This document shows, piece by piece, positions 24,200 to 34,616 of a stretch of DNA of 64,000 nucleotides; position 1 is the stretch's first letter; the number at the start of each line of letters is the position of its first letter. The stretch is from positions 256,001 to 320,000 of the forward strand of contig CAVYRF010000002.1 of NCBI GenBank assembly GCA_963770895.1, given 5' to 3'. Under the pieces are notes generated by a model that saw only the letters and a list, made by a program, of their open reading frames with translations, had not been told where the DNA came from and did not search any database. This stretch comes from an uncultured Acidobacteriota bacterium. Its GTDB lineage: Bacteria > Acidobacteriota > Thermoanaerobaculia > Multivoradales > UBA5704. Position numbers and translations under genes: made by a program.

Positions 24200-25081
24200 T
24201 CAGGCGCTCGGAATGTACCTGCCGATGAGCGGCGCCAGGGCGGTGAGCGTCGCCTGCGGGATCAGCGAGCGCTCGGTGATGAGCGAATGGCGCAGGGCGT
24301 CGGGGCACGGGCAACCCACCCGGTCCTCGGGCAGGCTGGCCACCATGTGCCGCACCACCTCCTGCGACATGATGACGTTCTGCGCGATGACGTCCATCAC
24401 CGACTGGCCGCTGACCGCTTCTTCGGTTTCGTGCCAGCAGTCGTAATCGGTGACCATCGACAGCGACACGTAGCAGATCTCGGCTTCGCGCGCCAGCCGC
24501 GCCTCCTGCAGGTTGGTCATGCCGATGACGTCGACGCCGTGCGAGCGGTAGATCTCCGATTCGGCGCGCGTCGAAAACTGCGGCCCTTCCATGCACACGT
24601 AGGTGCCGCCGCGGTGGACCGTGGCGCCGGCGGCCTGCGACGCGGCGACGCCGACGTCGATCAGCCGCGGGCAGATCGGCTTGGCGAGCGAGACGTGCGC
24701 CACCAGGCCGTTGCCGAAGAAGGTGTCGACGCGGTGGCGGGTGCGGTCGTAGAACTGGTCCGGCACCACGATGTCGGTCGGCTTGTACTCGATCTTCATC
24801 GACCCCACTGCCGACACCGAGATCAGCTGCTCGACGCCCAGCATCTTGAAGCCGAAGATGTTGGCGCGATAGTTGAGCTCGGTCGGCAGCAGGCGGTGGC
24901 CGCGGCCGTGGCGCGGCAGAAAGGCCACCCGGCGCCCCTCCAGCTCGCCCACCACGTAGGGGTCGGAAGGCTCGCCAAACGGCGTGCTCAGCCGCCGCTC
25001 TTCCTGCACCTTGAGCCCCGCCATCTGGTAGAGCCCGCTACCGCCGATGACGCCGATGCGGATGTCGTTGTGTTCGGCCAT
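24200..25081 (-). CDS. mtnP: S-methyl-5'-thioadenosine phosphorylase
   Basis: IGVIGGSGLY, FLPRHGRGH, EGPQFSTRAES, VIGMT and VTDYDCW; start MAEHNDI after a GGAG RBS. Confidence 0.93.
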   Translation of the reverse strand: MAEHNDIRIGVIGGSGLYQMAGLKVQEERRLSTPFGEPSDPYVVGELEGRRVAFLPRHGRGHRLLPTELNYRANIFGFKMLGVEQLISVSAVGSMKIEYKPTDIVVPDQFYDRTRHRVDTFFGNGLVAHVSLAKPICPRLIDVGVAASQAAGATVHRGGTYVCMEGPQFSTRAESEIYRSHGVDVIGMTNLQEARLAREAEICYVSLSMVTDYDCWHETEEAVSGQSVMDVIAQNVIMSQEVVRHMVASLPEDRVGCPCPDALRHSLITERSLIPQATLTALAPLIGRYIPSA

Positions 25082-25170
25082 GCTCCAGCGCTCCTCTCCT
25101 TGAACAAGAGTACCCCTCGCCCCATGCCGGAGCGGGCGGCGCGGCGACGGCCGCGACCCGGCCGCAGAGT

Positions 25171-26184
25171 CTACCGCAGGGCGGCCGCCGTCGCGGCGGC
25201 GATGGCCGCGGCCACCTGCAACGCCGTCGCCAGCGCCTGGCGGCCGGCCGGGCCGTCGACCAGCCGCGGCACGCCGGCCGCCGGAGCCGCGCCGCTCACC
25301 GGCGCGCCACCGCCATCGTCCCCGCCCCCGTCGCCGGCGCGGCACGCCGCGACGAACGCCGCCAGCTCGCGCACCAGCGGTTCCGAGCGCTCGACCGGCA
25401 GGTCGTCCGGCACGATCCGCCGCCCCGACGGCAGCTCCTCCAGGCGAAAACCGTGGATCTCCTGCGCCACGTAGTCCAGCGAGTAGTAGCGGCTCGGCAG
25501 GAAGGTGCGCAGCTTGCGCACCCGCTCGGCCGACACGCGCGACGCGGTCAGGTTGGCGACGCAGCCGGAGGCCAGCTCGATGCGGACGTTGGCGATGTCG
25601 GTGCGCGGCGACAGCACCGGGATGCCGGTGGCCCGCACCTCGGCGACCGGGCTGCCGTCCAGCGCGTGCAGGATCTGCAGGTCGTGGATCATCAGGTCGA
25701 GCACCACGTCCACGTCCAGGCTGCGCGGCGTGAACACCGCCAGGCGCTGCACCTCGACGAAGCGCGGCGGCACTCCCACCGCCAGCAGCGCCGCCACCGC
25801 CGGGTTGAAGAACTCCACGTGCCCGACGGCGAGCACCCGCCCCGCCGCGGCCGCCGCCGCGATCAGCTGGTCGGCTTCCGCCAGGCTGGCCGCCAGCGGC
25901 TTTTCGACCAGCAGGTGGATGCCGCGCTCCAGCAGCTGGCAGCCAATCTGTGCGTGCTGGCTGGTCGGCGCCGCCAGGACCACCGCCTGGACGCCCGCCG
26001 CCAGCAGGTCGTCGACGCCGGCAAAAGCGCGCGTGCCGAACTCGGCGGCAACCGCCGCCGCCGCGTCGCCGCGCGGATCGTGCAGCCCGACCAGCTCGAC
26101 GCCGGGCAACCCGGCGAGCACCCGCACGTGGTTGCGGCCCATGGCGCCGGCGCCCAGGACGCCGACGCGCAGACCTGCCGCCAT
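25171..26184 (-). CDS. Gfo/Idh/MocA family oxidoreductase (GnnA-like, UDP-GlcNAc 3-dehydrogenase candidate)
   Basis: GVLGAGAMG Rossmann motif, LVEKP, VGHVEFFNPA, DVVLDLMIHD and TASRVS; start overlaps the lpxA stop. Confidence 0.85.
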   Translation of the reverse strand: MAAGLRVGVLGAGAMGRNHVRVLAGLPGVELVGLHDPRGDAAAAVAAEFGTRAFAGVDDLLAAGVQAVVLAAPTSQHAQIGCQLLERGIHLLVEKPLAASLAEADQLIAAAAAAGRVLAVGHVEFFNPAVAALLAVGVPPRFVEVQRLAVFTPRSLDVDVVLDLMIHDLQILHALDGSPVAEVRATGIPVLSPRTDIANVRIELASGCVANLTASRVSAERVRKLRTFLPSRYYSLDYVAQEIHGFRLEELPSGRRIVPDDLPVERSEPLVRELAAFVAACRAGDGGGDDGGGAPVSGAAPAAGVPRLVDGPAGRQALATALQVAAAIAAATAAALR

Positions 26185-27110
26185 CAGGCCTTGCCTTCCG
26201 GGGCGGCGGCGCTCACCGGCTCGGCGGCGCTGTCGGCGCCATTGGCGGCGGTGCCCTGCCCCGCCTCGCCATCCGGCACCGCCTCGCTCGGATCGGCGCC
26301 GCCCGAGCTGCGCTCCATACCCTTCGGCACCGCCTTGTGCACGCCGCGCCGCGACGTCTCGACGAAGTGGATCAGGTGGTCGACTTCGGGGTCGCCGCCC
26401 ACCTCGGCGCGCATCCGTTCCAGCGCCTGCCGGGTGTTGAGCCCCGAGCGCGCCAGCAGGCGCAGCGCCTGGTTGAGCCGCGCCACCTGCTCGCGCGAGA
26501 AGCCCTTGCGCCGCAGGCCGATCGAGTTGAGCCCGTAGTTGGACGCGTTCATGCCCACCGTCTTGACGAACGGCAGGGCGTCCATGGTCAGCACCGTGTA
26601 GGCGCCCAGGTAGGCGTGGCGGCCGATGCGGCAGTACTGGTGGACGGCGCAAAAGGCGCTGATCGACGCGTCGTCGCCAACCTCGACGTGGCCGGCAAAC
26701 TGGGTGTTGTTGACCAGCACCACCCGGCTGCCGATCTGGCAGTCGTGGGCGATGTGCACGTAGGCCATGATCAGGTTCTGGTTGCCGATGCGCGTCACCC
26801 CGCCGCCGCCCACCGTGCCGCGCGAGATGGTGCAGAATTCGCGCAGGATGTTGTTGTCGCCGATCTCCAGCCACACCGGCTCGCCGCGGAAACGCAGGTC
26901 CTGCGGGTCGAACCCGACCGCCGCCTGCGGGAAGATGCGGTTGCCGCGCCCGATGCGCGTCGGCCCCTGGATGTGCGCTCCCGCGCCGATCTCGGTCCCC
27001 TCGCCGATCTCGACCTGGGCGCCGATGACCGCGAACGGCCCCACGCGGACGTCGGCGGCGAGCTTCGCCTGCGGATCGACGACCGCCAGCGGATGCACGT
27101 AACTGCTCAT
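26184..27110 (-). CDS. lpxA: UDP-N-acetylglucosamine O-acyltransferase
   Basis: Hexapeptide repeats, PQDLRF, RGT, HIAHDC, VHQYCRIG and GLNSIGLRRKGF. Confidence 0.96.
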   Translation of the reverse strand: MSSYVHPLAVVDPQAKLAADVRVGPFAVIGAQVEIGEGTEIGAGAHIQGPTRIGRGNRIFPQAAVGFDPQDLRFRGEPVWLEIGDNNILREFCTISRGTVGGGGVTRIGNQNLIMAYVHIAHDCQIGSRVVLVNNTQFAGHVEVGDDASISAFCAVHQYCRIGRHAYLGAYTVLTMDALPFVKTVGMNASNYGLNSIGLRRKGFSREQVARLNQALRLLARSGLNTRQALERMRAEVGGDPEVDHLIHFVETSRRGVHKAVPKGMERSSGGADPSEAVPDGEAGQGTAANGADSAAEPVSAAAPEGKA

Positions 27111-27168
27111 AAAGTCCCCCTTGAATCCAGCGCCGTCGCCGTCGCCGTCACCGGCGACGGCCGCGGTC

Positions 27169-27618
27169 TCAGCGGTCCACCATCACCGACGACAGCACCG
27201 CTTCGGCCGCCATCTGCCCGTCCACCAGCGCCTTGCACGAAAGCCTGGCATGGACGGTGCGCAGGCGCAGCACGTCCACCTCCAGGCGCAGCTGGTCGCC
27301 CGGCACCACGGGCCGCCGGAACTTGCCGTTTTCGATCCCGGTAAACAGCATCAGCTTGCCGGTGCGGTCCGGCACCTCCTGCAACAGCAACAGGCCGCCG
27401 GCCTGCGCCATCGCCTCGACCACCAGCACGCCCGGCATCACCGGCCGGCCGGGGAAGTGCCCGCCGAAGAAGGGCTCGTTGATGGTGACGTTCTTGATCG
27501 CCACGATGCGCTGGCGCGGCACGTTTTCAATGATGCGGTCGACCAGCAACATCGGATAGCGATGCGGCAGCATCGACATGATCCATTCGATGTCCCTCAC
27601 CTGATCATCCCTCCTCAC
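27169..27618 (-). CDS. fabZ: 3-hydroxyacyl-ACP dehydratase
   Basis: LPHRYPMLLVDR, KNVTINEPFF.GHFP, MPGVLVVEAMAQ and FRRPVVPGD. Confidence 0.97.
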   Translation of the reverse strand: MRRDDQVRDIEWIMSMLPHRYPMLLVDRIIENVPRQRIVAIKNVTINEPFFGGHFPGRPVMPGVLVVEAMAQAGGLLLLQEVPDRTGKLMLFTGIENGKFRRPVVPGDQLRLEVDVLRLRTVHARLSCKALVDGQMAAEAVLSSVMVDR

Positions 27619-28678
27619 CGCTCTCGCCGATTAGGTCGTCGCGTTCGTCACGGCCCTTGCCGTCGATCCCCAGCCGCCGCTCGATCGCGCGTAGCCGGCG
27701 CAGCATCTCATCCAGGCGCCAGGACAGCAAGAGCTGCCGCCGCCAGCGCTTGATCGGATGCGCCGGGCTGCCGCCGACGACGGCGCCGGGCGCCAGCGAA
27801 TGGAAGATGTCGGTCCCCGCCGCGGCCTGTACGCGATCGCCGATCTCGATGTGATCGACCGCCGCGGCGCGGCCGCCCAGGACGACGCCGTTGCCGATGC
27901 GCGTGCTGCCGGCGATGCCGACCTGGGCACAGAGGATCGAGTGGCGGCCCACCTGGACGTTGTGCCCCAGCATCACCTGGTTGTCGATCTTGGTGCCGGC
28001 GCCGACGCGGGTTTCACCCAGCGTCGCACGGTCGATCGTGGTATTGGGCCCGATCTCCACATCCTCCTCCAACACCACGCGCCCCACCTGCGGCACCTTG
28101 TGGTGGACGCCGCCGTGCGTCGCGTAACCGAACCCGTCGCCGCCCAGGACCACGCCGGCGTGGACGATCGACCCGGCGCCGACGACGGTGCGGTCGTAGA
28201 GCACCGCGTGGGGGTGGATCACCGCCCGCTCGCCTACGGTGCAGTCGCGCCCCACCACGGCGTGGGCGAGCACCGCGGCGCCGGCGCCGACGTGCGAACC
28301 GGCGCCGACGACGGCGAACGGCCCCAGGTGCGCCGCGGGATGCACCACCGCACCGGCATCGACGATCGCGGTGGGATGCAGGCCTGCCGGGTGCGGCGCC
28401 GGCGGATGGAAGACCGCGAGCAGCCCGACCAGCGCCCGCCCGCTATGCGGCACCACGATCAGATTGCGCCCGCCGAGCGGCTCCGCCAGCGCCTCCTCGA
28501 CCAGCAGACCGCCGGCGGCGCTCGCCTGGGCGCGCGCCCGGTGGCGCAGCAACGTTACGAACGACAGATCGCGCGGGCCTGCTTCTTCGAGCGCCCGCAG
28601 CCCTTCGATCGGCTGCTGCGGGTCGCCCTCGACGCGCCCCCCTACCAGCTCGGCAAGCTCGGCCAGCGAGAAGGCCAC
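27605..28678 (-). CDS. lpxD: UDP-3-O-acylglucosamine N-acyltransferase
   Basis: GGDGFGY, KVPQVGRV, IDRATLGET, KIDNQVMLGHN and hexapeptide repeats. Confidence 0.96.
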   Translation of the reverse strand: MAFSLAELAELVGGRVEGDPQQPIEGLRALEEAGPRDLSFVTLLRHRARAQASAAGGLLVEEALAEPLGGRNLIVVPHSGRALVGLLAVFHPPAPHPAGLHPTAIVDAGAVVHPAAHLGPFAVVGAGSHVGAGAAVLAHAVVGRDCTVGERAVIHPHAVLYDRTVVGAGSIVHAGVVLGGDGFGYATHGGVHHKVPQVGRVVLEEDVEIGPNTTIDRATLGETRVGAGTKIDNQVMLGHNVQVGRHSILCAQVGIAGSTRIGNGVVLGGRAAAVDHIEIGDRVQAAAGTDIFHSLAPGAVVGGSPAHPIKRWRRQLLLSWRLDEMLRRLRAIERRLGIDGKGRDERDDLIGESGEEG

Positions 28679-28681
28679 GGG

Positions 28682-29245
28682 CTACTTGGCGGCCGCCGCC
28701 GCCTGGGCATCCAGGCGTTGCACCACCGAGGTGGTGATGTCGATGGCATCGTCGGCGTAGATCAGGCCGCTTTCAAACTTGCGGAAAATCAGCGTGTAGT
28801 TCTGCTCCTTGCCGATCTGGTTGATGATCGGCATGACCTTCTCGTCGATCGAGCCCAGCAGCTCGTCCTTTTTCTTGTTGAGGTCGCGGGTGGCGTCCTC
28901 GGACAGCCGGCGCAGCGCCGTCTGCTTGTCTTCCATCTGCTTTTCCATCTCCGCCAGCTTGTCCTGCGACAGCGACAGGCGGCCCTGCGCCAGCTTGTCC
29001 TGCATGTCCTTGATTTCCTGCTGCCTGCCGCGCAGCTCGGTTTCCTTCGCCTCCTGCGCCTTCTTGAGCTCGGCGATGGCCTTCTTACCCTGCGCCGAGG
29101 TGGTCAGGATGCGTTCGGTGTCGATCACCGCCACGCGCGGCATGCCGGCCGACGGCACGGCGGCCTGCGCCGCCAGCGGCGCCGCCAGCGCCAGCCCGAG
29201 CACGGCACCGGTCAAAGACTTCGCAAGGGATTCGATGAGAGCCAT
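28682..29245 (-). CDS. skp: OmpH/Skp periplasmic chaperone
   Basis: Signal peptide, VAVID, coiled-coil body and C-terminal YADDAIDIT; downstream of bamA. Confidence 0.9.
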   Translation of the reverse strand: MALIESLAKSLTGAVLGLALAAPLAAQAAVPSAGMPRVAVIDTERILTTSAQGKKAIAELKKAQEAKETELRGRQQEIKDMQDKLAQGRLSLSQDKLAEMEKQMEDKQTALRRLSEDATRDLNKKKDELLGSIDEKVMPIINQIGKEQNYTLIFRKFESGLIYADDAIDITTSVVQRLDAQAAAAAK

Positions 29246-29287
29246 GGGTATTCCTTTTCTTACAGAGACTATCCGTGAAATCGCTGC

Positions 29288-31954
29288 CTAGAAGCTCGAG
29301 CCGATGCTGAACTGGAAGGTCTCGAACTCGTCAAGCGGCAGCGGGTGGATGTTCTTCGAGATGATGAAGCGCAGCGGCGCGCCGAACATCGGGATGAGGA
29401 CGCGCAGCTCGACGCCCGCCGATTGGCGCAGCCGCCCGAAATCCCATCCCTGCTCGCTGTAGGTGATCCTGCCGAAGTTGTCGTTGCGCACCTCGCCGTA
29501 GACGTTGCCGGCGTCGGTGAACAGGATGATGCGGAATGGCCCGCCGACGATGAAGTGGTACTCGGCGTTCATCTGGATGTACTTGTCGCCGCCGACGCCG
29601 GCGCCGAACTGGTCGAACACCGGGTCGCCGTGGTCGTCGCGCACCGTGATCGAACGGAAACGGAAGCCGCGGATGCTGTTTTCACCGCCGATGAAGAAGT
29701 ACTCCAAGGGCGACAGCGGGTTGCCCTGGGTGCGGTGCAGGAAGCCGGCTTCGGCGTTGAGCGCCAGCACCGTTTTCAGCCCCTGATTGGTCACCGGCGT
29801 AAACAGGCTGAAGCCCACGTCGGGACGCAGGAAGTTGTCGTTGCCGCCCAGCGGGCCGCCGCCGTATTCGAGCGACGCCGCCATGCGCAAGCCGCGCACC
29901 GGTTCGAAGGGATCGTTGCGGCTGTCGTAGACGACCGCCGGCTTGATCGACGAAGTGTTGATGAAGTAGCGCTGCGCCTCCGCCTGGGCGCCCAGCACCG
30001 TGCCGTCGGTGCCGCCGTTGATCGTGCCCACGCCGACGCCCACGCCTTCGTTGTTGATCGGCGTCAGCAGGTTTTCCGAATCGTCGTGCTTGGTGTAGTT
30101 GTAGCTGACCGACGCGGAGGTGAAGAGCGTCAGGTTGCGGCCATAGGTCAGCACGATGCCCTTGGCGTTTTCGATGTAGTCGGTGCCCAGGTTGGAATAG
30201 TTGAGGTCCGAGACGAACGCCCGGAAGCCGACGTTCTGCGGCCGGTCCATGAAGTAGGGGATGTTGTAGGTGAGATCGTAGACCTTGCGGTAGCGGCCGG
30301 TCTGCACCGAGACGCCGGCGTTCTCGCCGCGGCCCAGGAAGTTCTTGGTGCTCACCGAGAACTGCACGAAGAAGCCGTCGATCTCGCTCCAGCCGCCGCC
30401 GAACTGCAGCTCGGTGCGGTTGGCCTCGTGACCCTTGAACACCAGGTTGACTTCTTTCTTTTCGCTGTTGGTGTCGATGTCGACGGGGTCTTCTTCGTCG
30501 AGCTTGAAGTAGCCCAGCTGATTGATCTTGGTGACGCTGTTCTTGACCGCGGCGATGTTGACGACGCCGCCTTCGACCAGCCGCACCTCGCGCCGCAGCA
30601 CCTTGTCCTGGGTGCGCTCGTTGCCCTGGAAGTCGATCCTGCCGACCTTGAACTGGTCGCCTTCGTTGATGTGGATCACCACGTCGGCGATGTTGCCCGG
30701 CCGCTCCACCAGCTCGGGCTCGACGCGCCCGAACACGTAGCCGTTGTTGTGATAATAGTCGGTGATCTTCTTGATGCTGTCGTCCATGTCCTTCGACAGC
30801 AGCCAGTCGCCTTCCTTCAGCTTGAACGCCCGGATCAGCGGCTCGTTCTTGTAGATCTTGTTGCCGTCCAGGCTCAGCTTGCCCATCTTCCAGCGGTCGC
30901 CCTCTTCCAGCGGGATGGTGATGAACATCCGCCGGTTCTGCTCCTTGATCGTCGGCGCGTTGGGCTTTTCAGCCTTGACTTCGATCTTCGGCTCGCCGAC
31001 GGCGACGTTCTTGTAGCCTTTGGAATGGTAGAGCTCCCGCACCTTGTCGAGGTCTTCCTGCAGCTTGGCCGGATCGTAGACGTCGTGCTTGAGGATGCGG
31101 CTGACCAGGTTCGACTGCTTGGTGTCCTTCATCGACCAGCGCAGCCGGTAGTTGCCGAACACCGTGTTGCCGGTGAACAGGATCTTGGCGATGCGCACGC
31201 GGTCGCCCTCGTCGACCGTGAACACCACTTTCTTTTCGTTGTTGCCGATGTCCTTGACGCTGTAGCGCGCCTGCGCGAAGCGGTAGCCCTTTTCGCGGTA
31301 CATGTCTTCGATCAGCGTCTTGACCCGCTGCAGCTCGCCCAGGCTCATCGGTTCGCCTTCGTGCACGCGGATGCGCTGGGTGGAGATCTTGTCCTGCACG
31401 TCGGTCTTGCTGATCCGCTTCAAACCCTCGTAGTCGATCGAACGCAGGATGGGGCGCTCTTCGACGGTGATCGTCAGCTTGACGCCGCCCGTCACCGGCG
31501 TGTAGTCGATCTTCACGTCGTCCACCAGGCTGCGGTCCCACAGCTTCTTGATGCTCTTGTTGAGCTGGTCCTGGTCGACCGTCTGGCCGATGCCCAGGCC
31601 CAGGTAGTACAGCATCGTCTCTTCCGACAGCGTTTTGAGACCCTTGAATTCGATCGCCTGGACGCGCAAGGTGGTGAGCGCCTGCGGCACCGACGTTTCG
31701 GGCGCGGCCGCCGGCGCGGGCGCCGGGGCGCCGGCGTCGGGCGCCGCCGCGGCGCTGCCGGCACCGGGCGTAGCGGTGGCGGCCGCCGTCGTGGTGTCGG
31801 CGTCCGGCGCCGCCGGCACGGCGGCGAGCGGCAGGCCGCCGCTCACCACCAGCGGCAGCAGGCCCATCGCCACCATGCGGCAGACAGCTCGCGGCCGTCG
31901 GGCAGGGCGGGCACCAGGGCGTTGGAGCCGATCCGGCTGGGCATCAGGCGTCAT
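29288..31954 (-). CDS. bamA: Outer-membrane protein assembly factor BamA
   Basis: Five POTRA-like repeats, GNERTQDKVLRRE, NFLGRG, GGENSIRGF and terminal Phe. Start uncertain (31954 or further downstream). Confidence 0.95.
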   Translation of the reverse strand: MTPDAQPDRLQRPGARPARRPRAVCRMVAMGLLPLVVSGGLPLAAVPAAPDADTTTAAATATPGAGSAAAAPDAGAPAPAPAAAPETSVPQALTTLRVQAIEFKGLKTLSEETMLYYLGLGIGQTVDQDQLNKSIKKLWDRSLVDDVKIDYTPVTGGVKLTITVEERPILRSIDYEGLKRISKTDVQDKISTQRIRVHEGEPMSLGELQRVKTLIEDMYREKGYRFAQARYSVKDIGNNEKKVVFTVDEGDRVRIAKILFTGNTVFGNYRLRWSMKDTKQSNLVSRILKHDVYDPAKLQEDLDKVRELYHSKGYKNVAVGEPKIEVKAEKPNAPTIKEQNRRMFITIPLEEGDRWKMGKLSLDGNKIYKNEPLIRAFKLKEGDWLLSKDMDDSIKKITDYYHNNGYVFGRVEPELVERPGNIADVVIHINEGDQFKVGRIDFQGNERTQDKVLRREVRLVEGGVVNIAAVKNSVTKINQLGYFKLDEEDPVDIDTNSEKKEVNLVFKGHEANRTELQFGGGWSEIDGFFVQFSVSTKNFLGRGENAGVSVQTGRYRKVYDLTYNIPYFMDRPQNVGFRAFVSDLNYSNLGTDYIENAKGIVLTYGRNLTLFTSASVSYNYTKHDDSENLLTPINNEGVGVGVGTINGGTDGTVLGAQAEAQRYFINTSSIKPAVVYDSRNDPFEPVRGLRMAASLEYGGGPLGGNDNFLRPDVGFSLFTPVTNQGLKTVLALNAEAGFLHRTQGNPLSPLEYFFIGGENSIRGFRFRSITVRDDHGDPVFDQFGAGVGGDKYIQMNAEYHFIVGGPFRIILFTDAGNVYGEVRNDNFGRITYSEQGWDFGRLRQSAGVELRVLIPMFGAPLRFIISKNIHPLPLDEFETFQFSIGSSF

Positions 31955-32075
31955 ACGTTCTTGCCTCGTTCTCGCCGGCGGCTTGCCAGCAAATGGGCGT
32001 CGCTCATAGGGGTGTTGCTCCGTCGGGGCCGTCGAGGGCCATCGGAGCAACCTGAGCCACCGGGAATCGACGCGG

Positions 32076-34511
32076 TCAACGCTGAGGGGCGAGAATTTCC
32101 CGGGCCTCGCGATCGAGAACCTGGAACTTCAGCTCGCCGTCCAGCAGATCGATGTCGATACGCTCGATCGTCTCCCCGTGCTGATGGATGAGGATCTCCG
32201 ACACCGTGTCCTGGATATGACGTTGGATCGTCCGGCGCAACGGTCGTGCCCCCGTGGACGGTTCGATCCCGGCTTTTTCCAGCAGCCATTCCTTGGCGGC
32301 CGGCGAGACTTCCAGATGCAGCCCTCGCTCAGCCAGGGTTATGTTCACATCGTCGAGCAGGATGTCGACGATGGCCCGTAACTCGTGTCCACCCAGGGGA
32401 TTGAAGACAATCACTTCATCGATGCGGTTGATGAATTCCGGGCTGAAGCCGCGCCGCAGCTCGGCGAGGATCTCTTCTTCGATGCGCTGGAAGCTGGCAT
32501 GGCCGTCACCCTCACCGAAGCCCATGCGGCCGCCGCGCAACACCAGCTTGCTGCCGATGTTGGAGGTCATCAGCACCAGCGTGTTCTTGAAATCCACCTG
32601 GTTGCCGTAGGCGTCGGTCAGGATGCCGTCTTCGAGGATCTGCAACAGCAGGTTGGCGACGTCGGGATGCGCCTTTTCGATCTCGTCGAACAGGATCAGC
32701 GAATAGGGCTGGCGGCGCACCCGTTCGGTCAGCTGCCCGCCCTCTTCGTGGCCGACGTAGCCGGGCGGCGAGCCGATCAGCTTGGACACGGCGTGCTTTT
32801 CCATGTATTCGCTCATGTCGAAGCGCACCAACGCCCGCTGGCTGCCGAACAGGAAGATCGACAGCTGCCGCGCCACTTCCGTCTTGCCCACGCCCGAGGG
32901 GCCCAGGAAGATGAAGGAGCCGACCGGGCGCTCTGGATTGCTCACCCCCAACCGCGAGCGCCGGATGGCGCGGCTGATGGCGCTGACCGCGCGCTCCTGC
33001 CCCACCACCCGTTTGCGCAGGGTGTCTTCCATGTGCAGCAGCCGCTCGGCTTCTTCGCTCTGCAGCGCCGCGACGGGGATGCCGGTCCACGACGAGATGA
33101 CGTCTTCGATGTCGTGGCGCGTCACCTCCAGCACGCCGGTTTCGTCGGCGACCAGGCTCATCCGCTCCAGGTCTTCGCGCAGCTCGATCTCGCGCTCGCG
33201 CAAGTAGACGGCGCGTTCGAAGTCCTTGTCCGAGATCGCGACCTTCATCTCCTTGACCACCTGGCGGATGTCCTGCTCCAGGCGGCGCAGGTTCTGCGTG
33301 TCGCGCACCCGGCGCAGCTTGACCCGCGCGCCCGCTTCGTCGATCACGTCGATCGCCTTGTCCGGCAGGTGGCGGTCGGAGATGTAGCGGCTGGACTGGT
33401 AGATGGCGGTGCGCAGCGCTTCGGCGCGGTAGCGCACTTTGTGGAAGCTTTCGTAGCGGTCCTTCACCCCGTCCAGGATCTGCAGCGTCTGCTCGGGCGA
33501 CGGCGGCGCCACCTGGATCGCCTGGAAGCGGCGCAGCAGCGACCGGTCTTTTTCGATGTACTTGCGATATTCCTTGAGCGTCGTCGCGCCGATGCAGGAG
33601 ATTTCGCCGCGCGACAGCGCCGGCTTGAGGATGTTGGCGGCGTCGAGCGAACCTTCGGCGGAGCCGGCGCCGATCAGCGAGTGGATCTCGTCGATGAAGA
33701 CGATCAGCTCGCGGCTGTCCTTGAGCTCCTTGAGGATGCCCTTGAGCCGCTCCTCGAACTGGCCGCGGTACTTGGTGCCGGCGACGATCAGCGACAGGTC
33801 CAGGGCGACGATGCGCTTCTGCGCCAGAAAGATCGGCACCCGCCCTTCGACGATGCGCTGCGCCAGCCCTTCGACGATGGCGGTCTTGCCGACCCCCGGT
33901 TCGCCCAGCAGGATGGGGTTGTTCTTGGTGCGGCGCGACAGGATCTGGATGATGCGGTCCACCTCTTCGTCGCGGCCGATCAGCGGATCGAAGGCCGATT
34001 CGCTGGCGAGCGCCGTCAGGTCGCGGCCGTATTCGGAGAGGAAGGGGAGCTCTTTTTTCTGCTGCGAGGCTTCGCGCTCCTTGGCGATGGCCAGGGCCTC
34101 TTCGCGCACCGTGTACACGTCGAAGCCCTGCTGCGCCAGGATGCGCATCGCGGTCGAGCCTTCGACGCGCAGGATGCCGATCAGCAGGTGCTCGGACCCC
34201 ACCGTCGCGTGCAGCATGCTTTCCGCTTCGTGCGAGGCATAGGCCAGGATCTTCTTGGATTCTTCCGACAGCGGCAGCTCCGCGGTCGAGGAGATGCGCT
34301 CGACGAAGACCCGCTCGCCTTCGATCTCCCGGCGGATGTCTTCGGGCTTGACCTGGAAGCGCCGGAAGATCTCGTTGACCGTCTCCTCGCCCTCGCGCAG
34401 GATGCCTAGCAGGATGTGTTCGGATTCGATGACCCGGCTGCCGAGCTTGCTTGCCTCGTAGCGGGCGAAGAAGAGGGCCCGGCGCGCTTTTTCGTTGTAC
34501 TTCTCAAACAT
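32076..34511 (-). CDS. clpC: ATP-dependent Clp protease ATP-binding subunit (ClpC-like)
   Basis: Clp N-domain [11 protein letters not shown], Walker A motifs GEPGVGKT and [27 protein letters not shown] and a UVR-like middle coil. Confidence 0.93.
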   Translation of the reverse strand: MFEKYNEKARRALFFARYEASKLGSRVIESEHILLGILREGEETVNEIFRRFQVKPEDIRREIEGERVFVERISSTAELPLSEESKKILAYASHEAESMLHATVGSEHLLIGILRVEGSTAMRILAQQGFDVYTVREEALAIAKEREASQQKKELPFLSEYGRDLTALASESAFDPLIGRDEEVDRIIQILSRRTKNNPILLGEPGVGKTAIVEGLAQRIVEGRVPIFLAQKRIVALDLSLIVAGTKYRGQFEERLKGILKELKDSRELIVFIDEIHSLIGAGSAEGSLDAANILKPALSRGEISCIGATTLKEYRKYIEKDRSLLRRFQAIQVAPPSPEQTLQILDGVKDRYESFHKVRYRAEALRTAIYQSSRYISDRHLPDKAIDVIDEAGARVKLRRVRDTQNLRRLEQDIRQVVKEMKVAISDKDFERAVYLREREIELREDLERMSLVADETGVLEVTRHDIEDVISSWTGIPVAALQSEEAERLLHMEDTLRKRVVGQERAVSAISRAIRRSRLGVSNPERPVGSFIFLGPSGVGKTEVARQLSIFLFGSQRALVRFDMSEYMEKHAVSKLIGSPPGYVGHEEGGQLTERVRRQPYSLILFDEIEKAHPDVANLLLQILEDGILTDAYGNQVDFKNTLVLMTSNIGSKLVLRGGRMGFGEGDGHASFQRIEEEILAELRRGFSPEFINRIDEVIVFNPLGGHELRAIVDILLDDVNITLAERGLHLEVSPAAKEWLLEKAGIEPSTGARPLRRTIQRHIQDTVSEILIHQHGETIERIDIDLLDGELKFQVLDREAREILAPQR

Positions 34512-34616
34512 TCAACGGACCTCTTGCCTCTTGTTGCGGTACGCCATCCATGCTCCCCCGCGGCTTACGCAAACGACGCCAACAAGGTTGTGCATTCGGC
34601 CTGCAACGGTGAGATT

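Noticed and set aside
29345-34409. Plus-strand ORFs 29345..32191 and 32385..34409
   Set aside because: They are antisense shadows of bamA and clpC.
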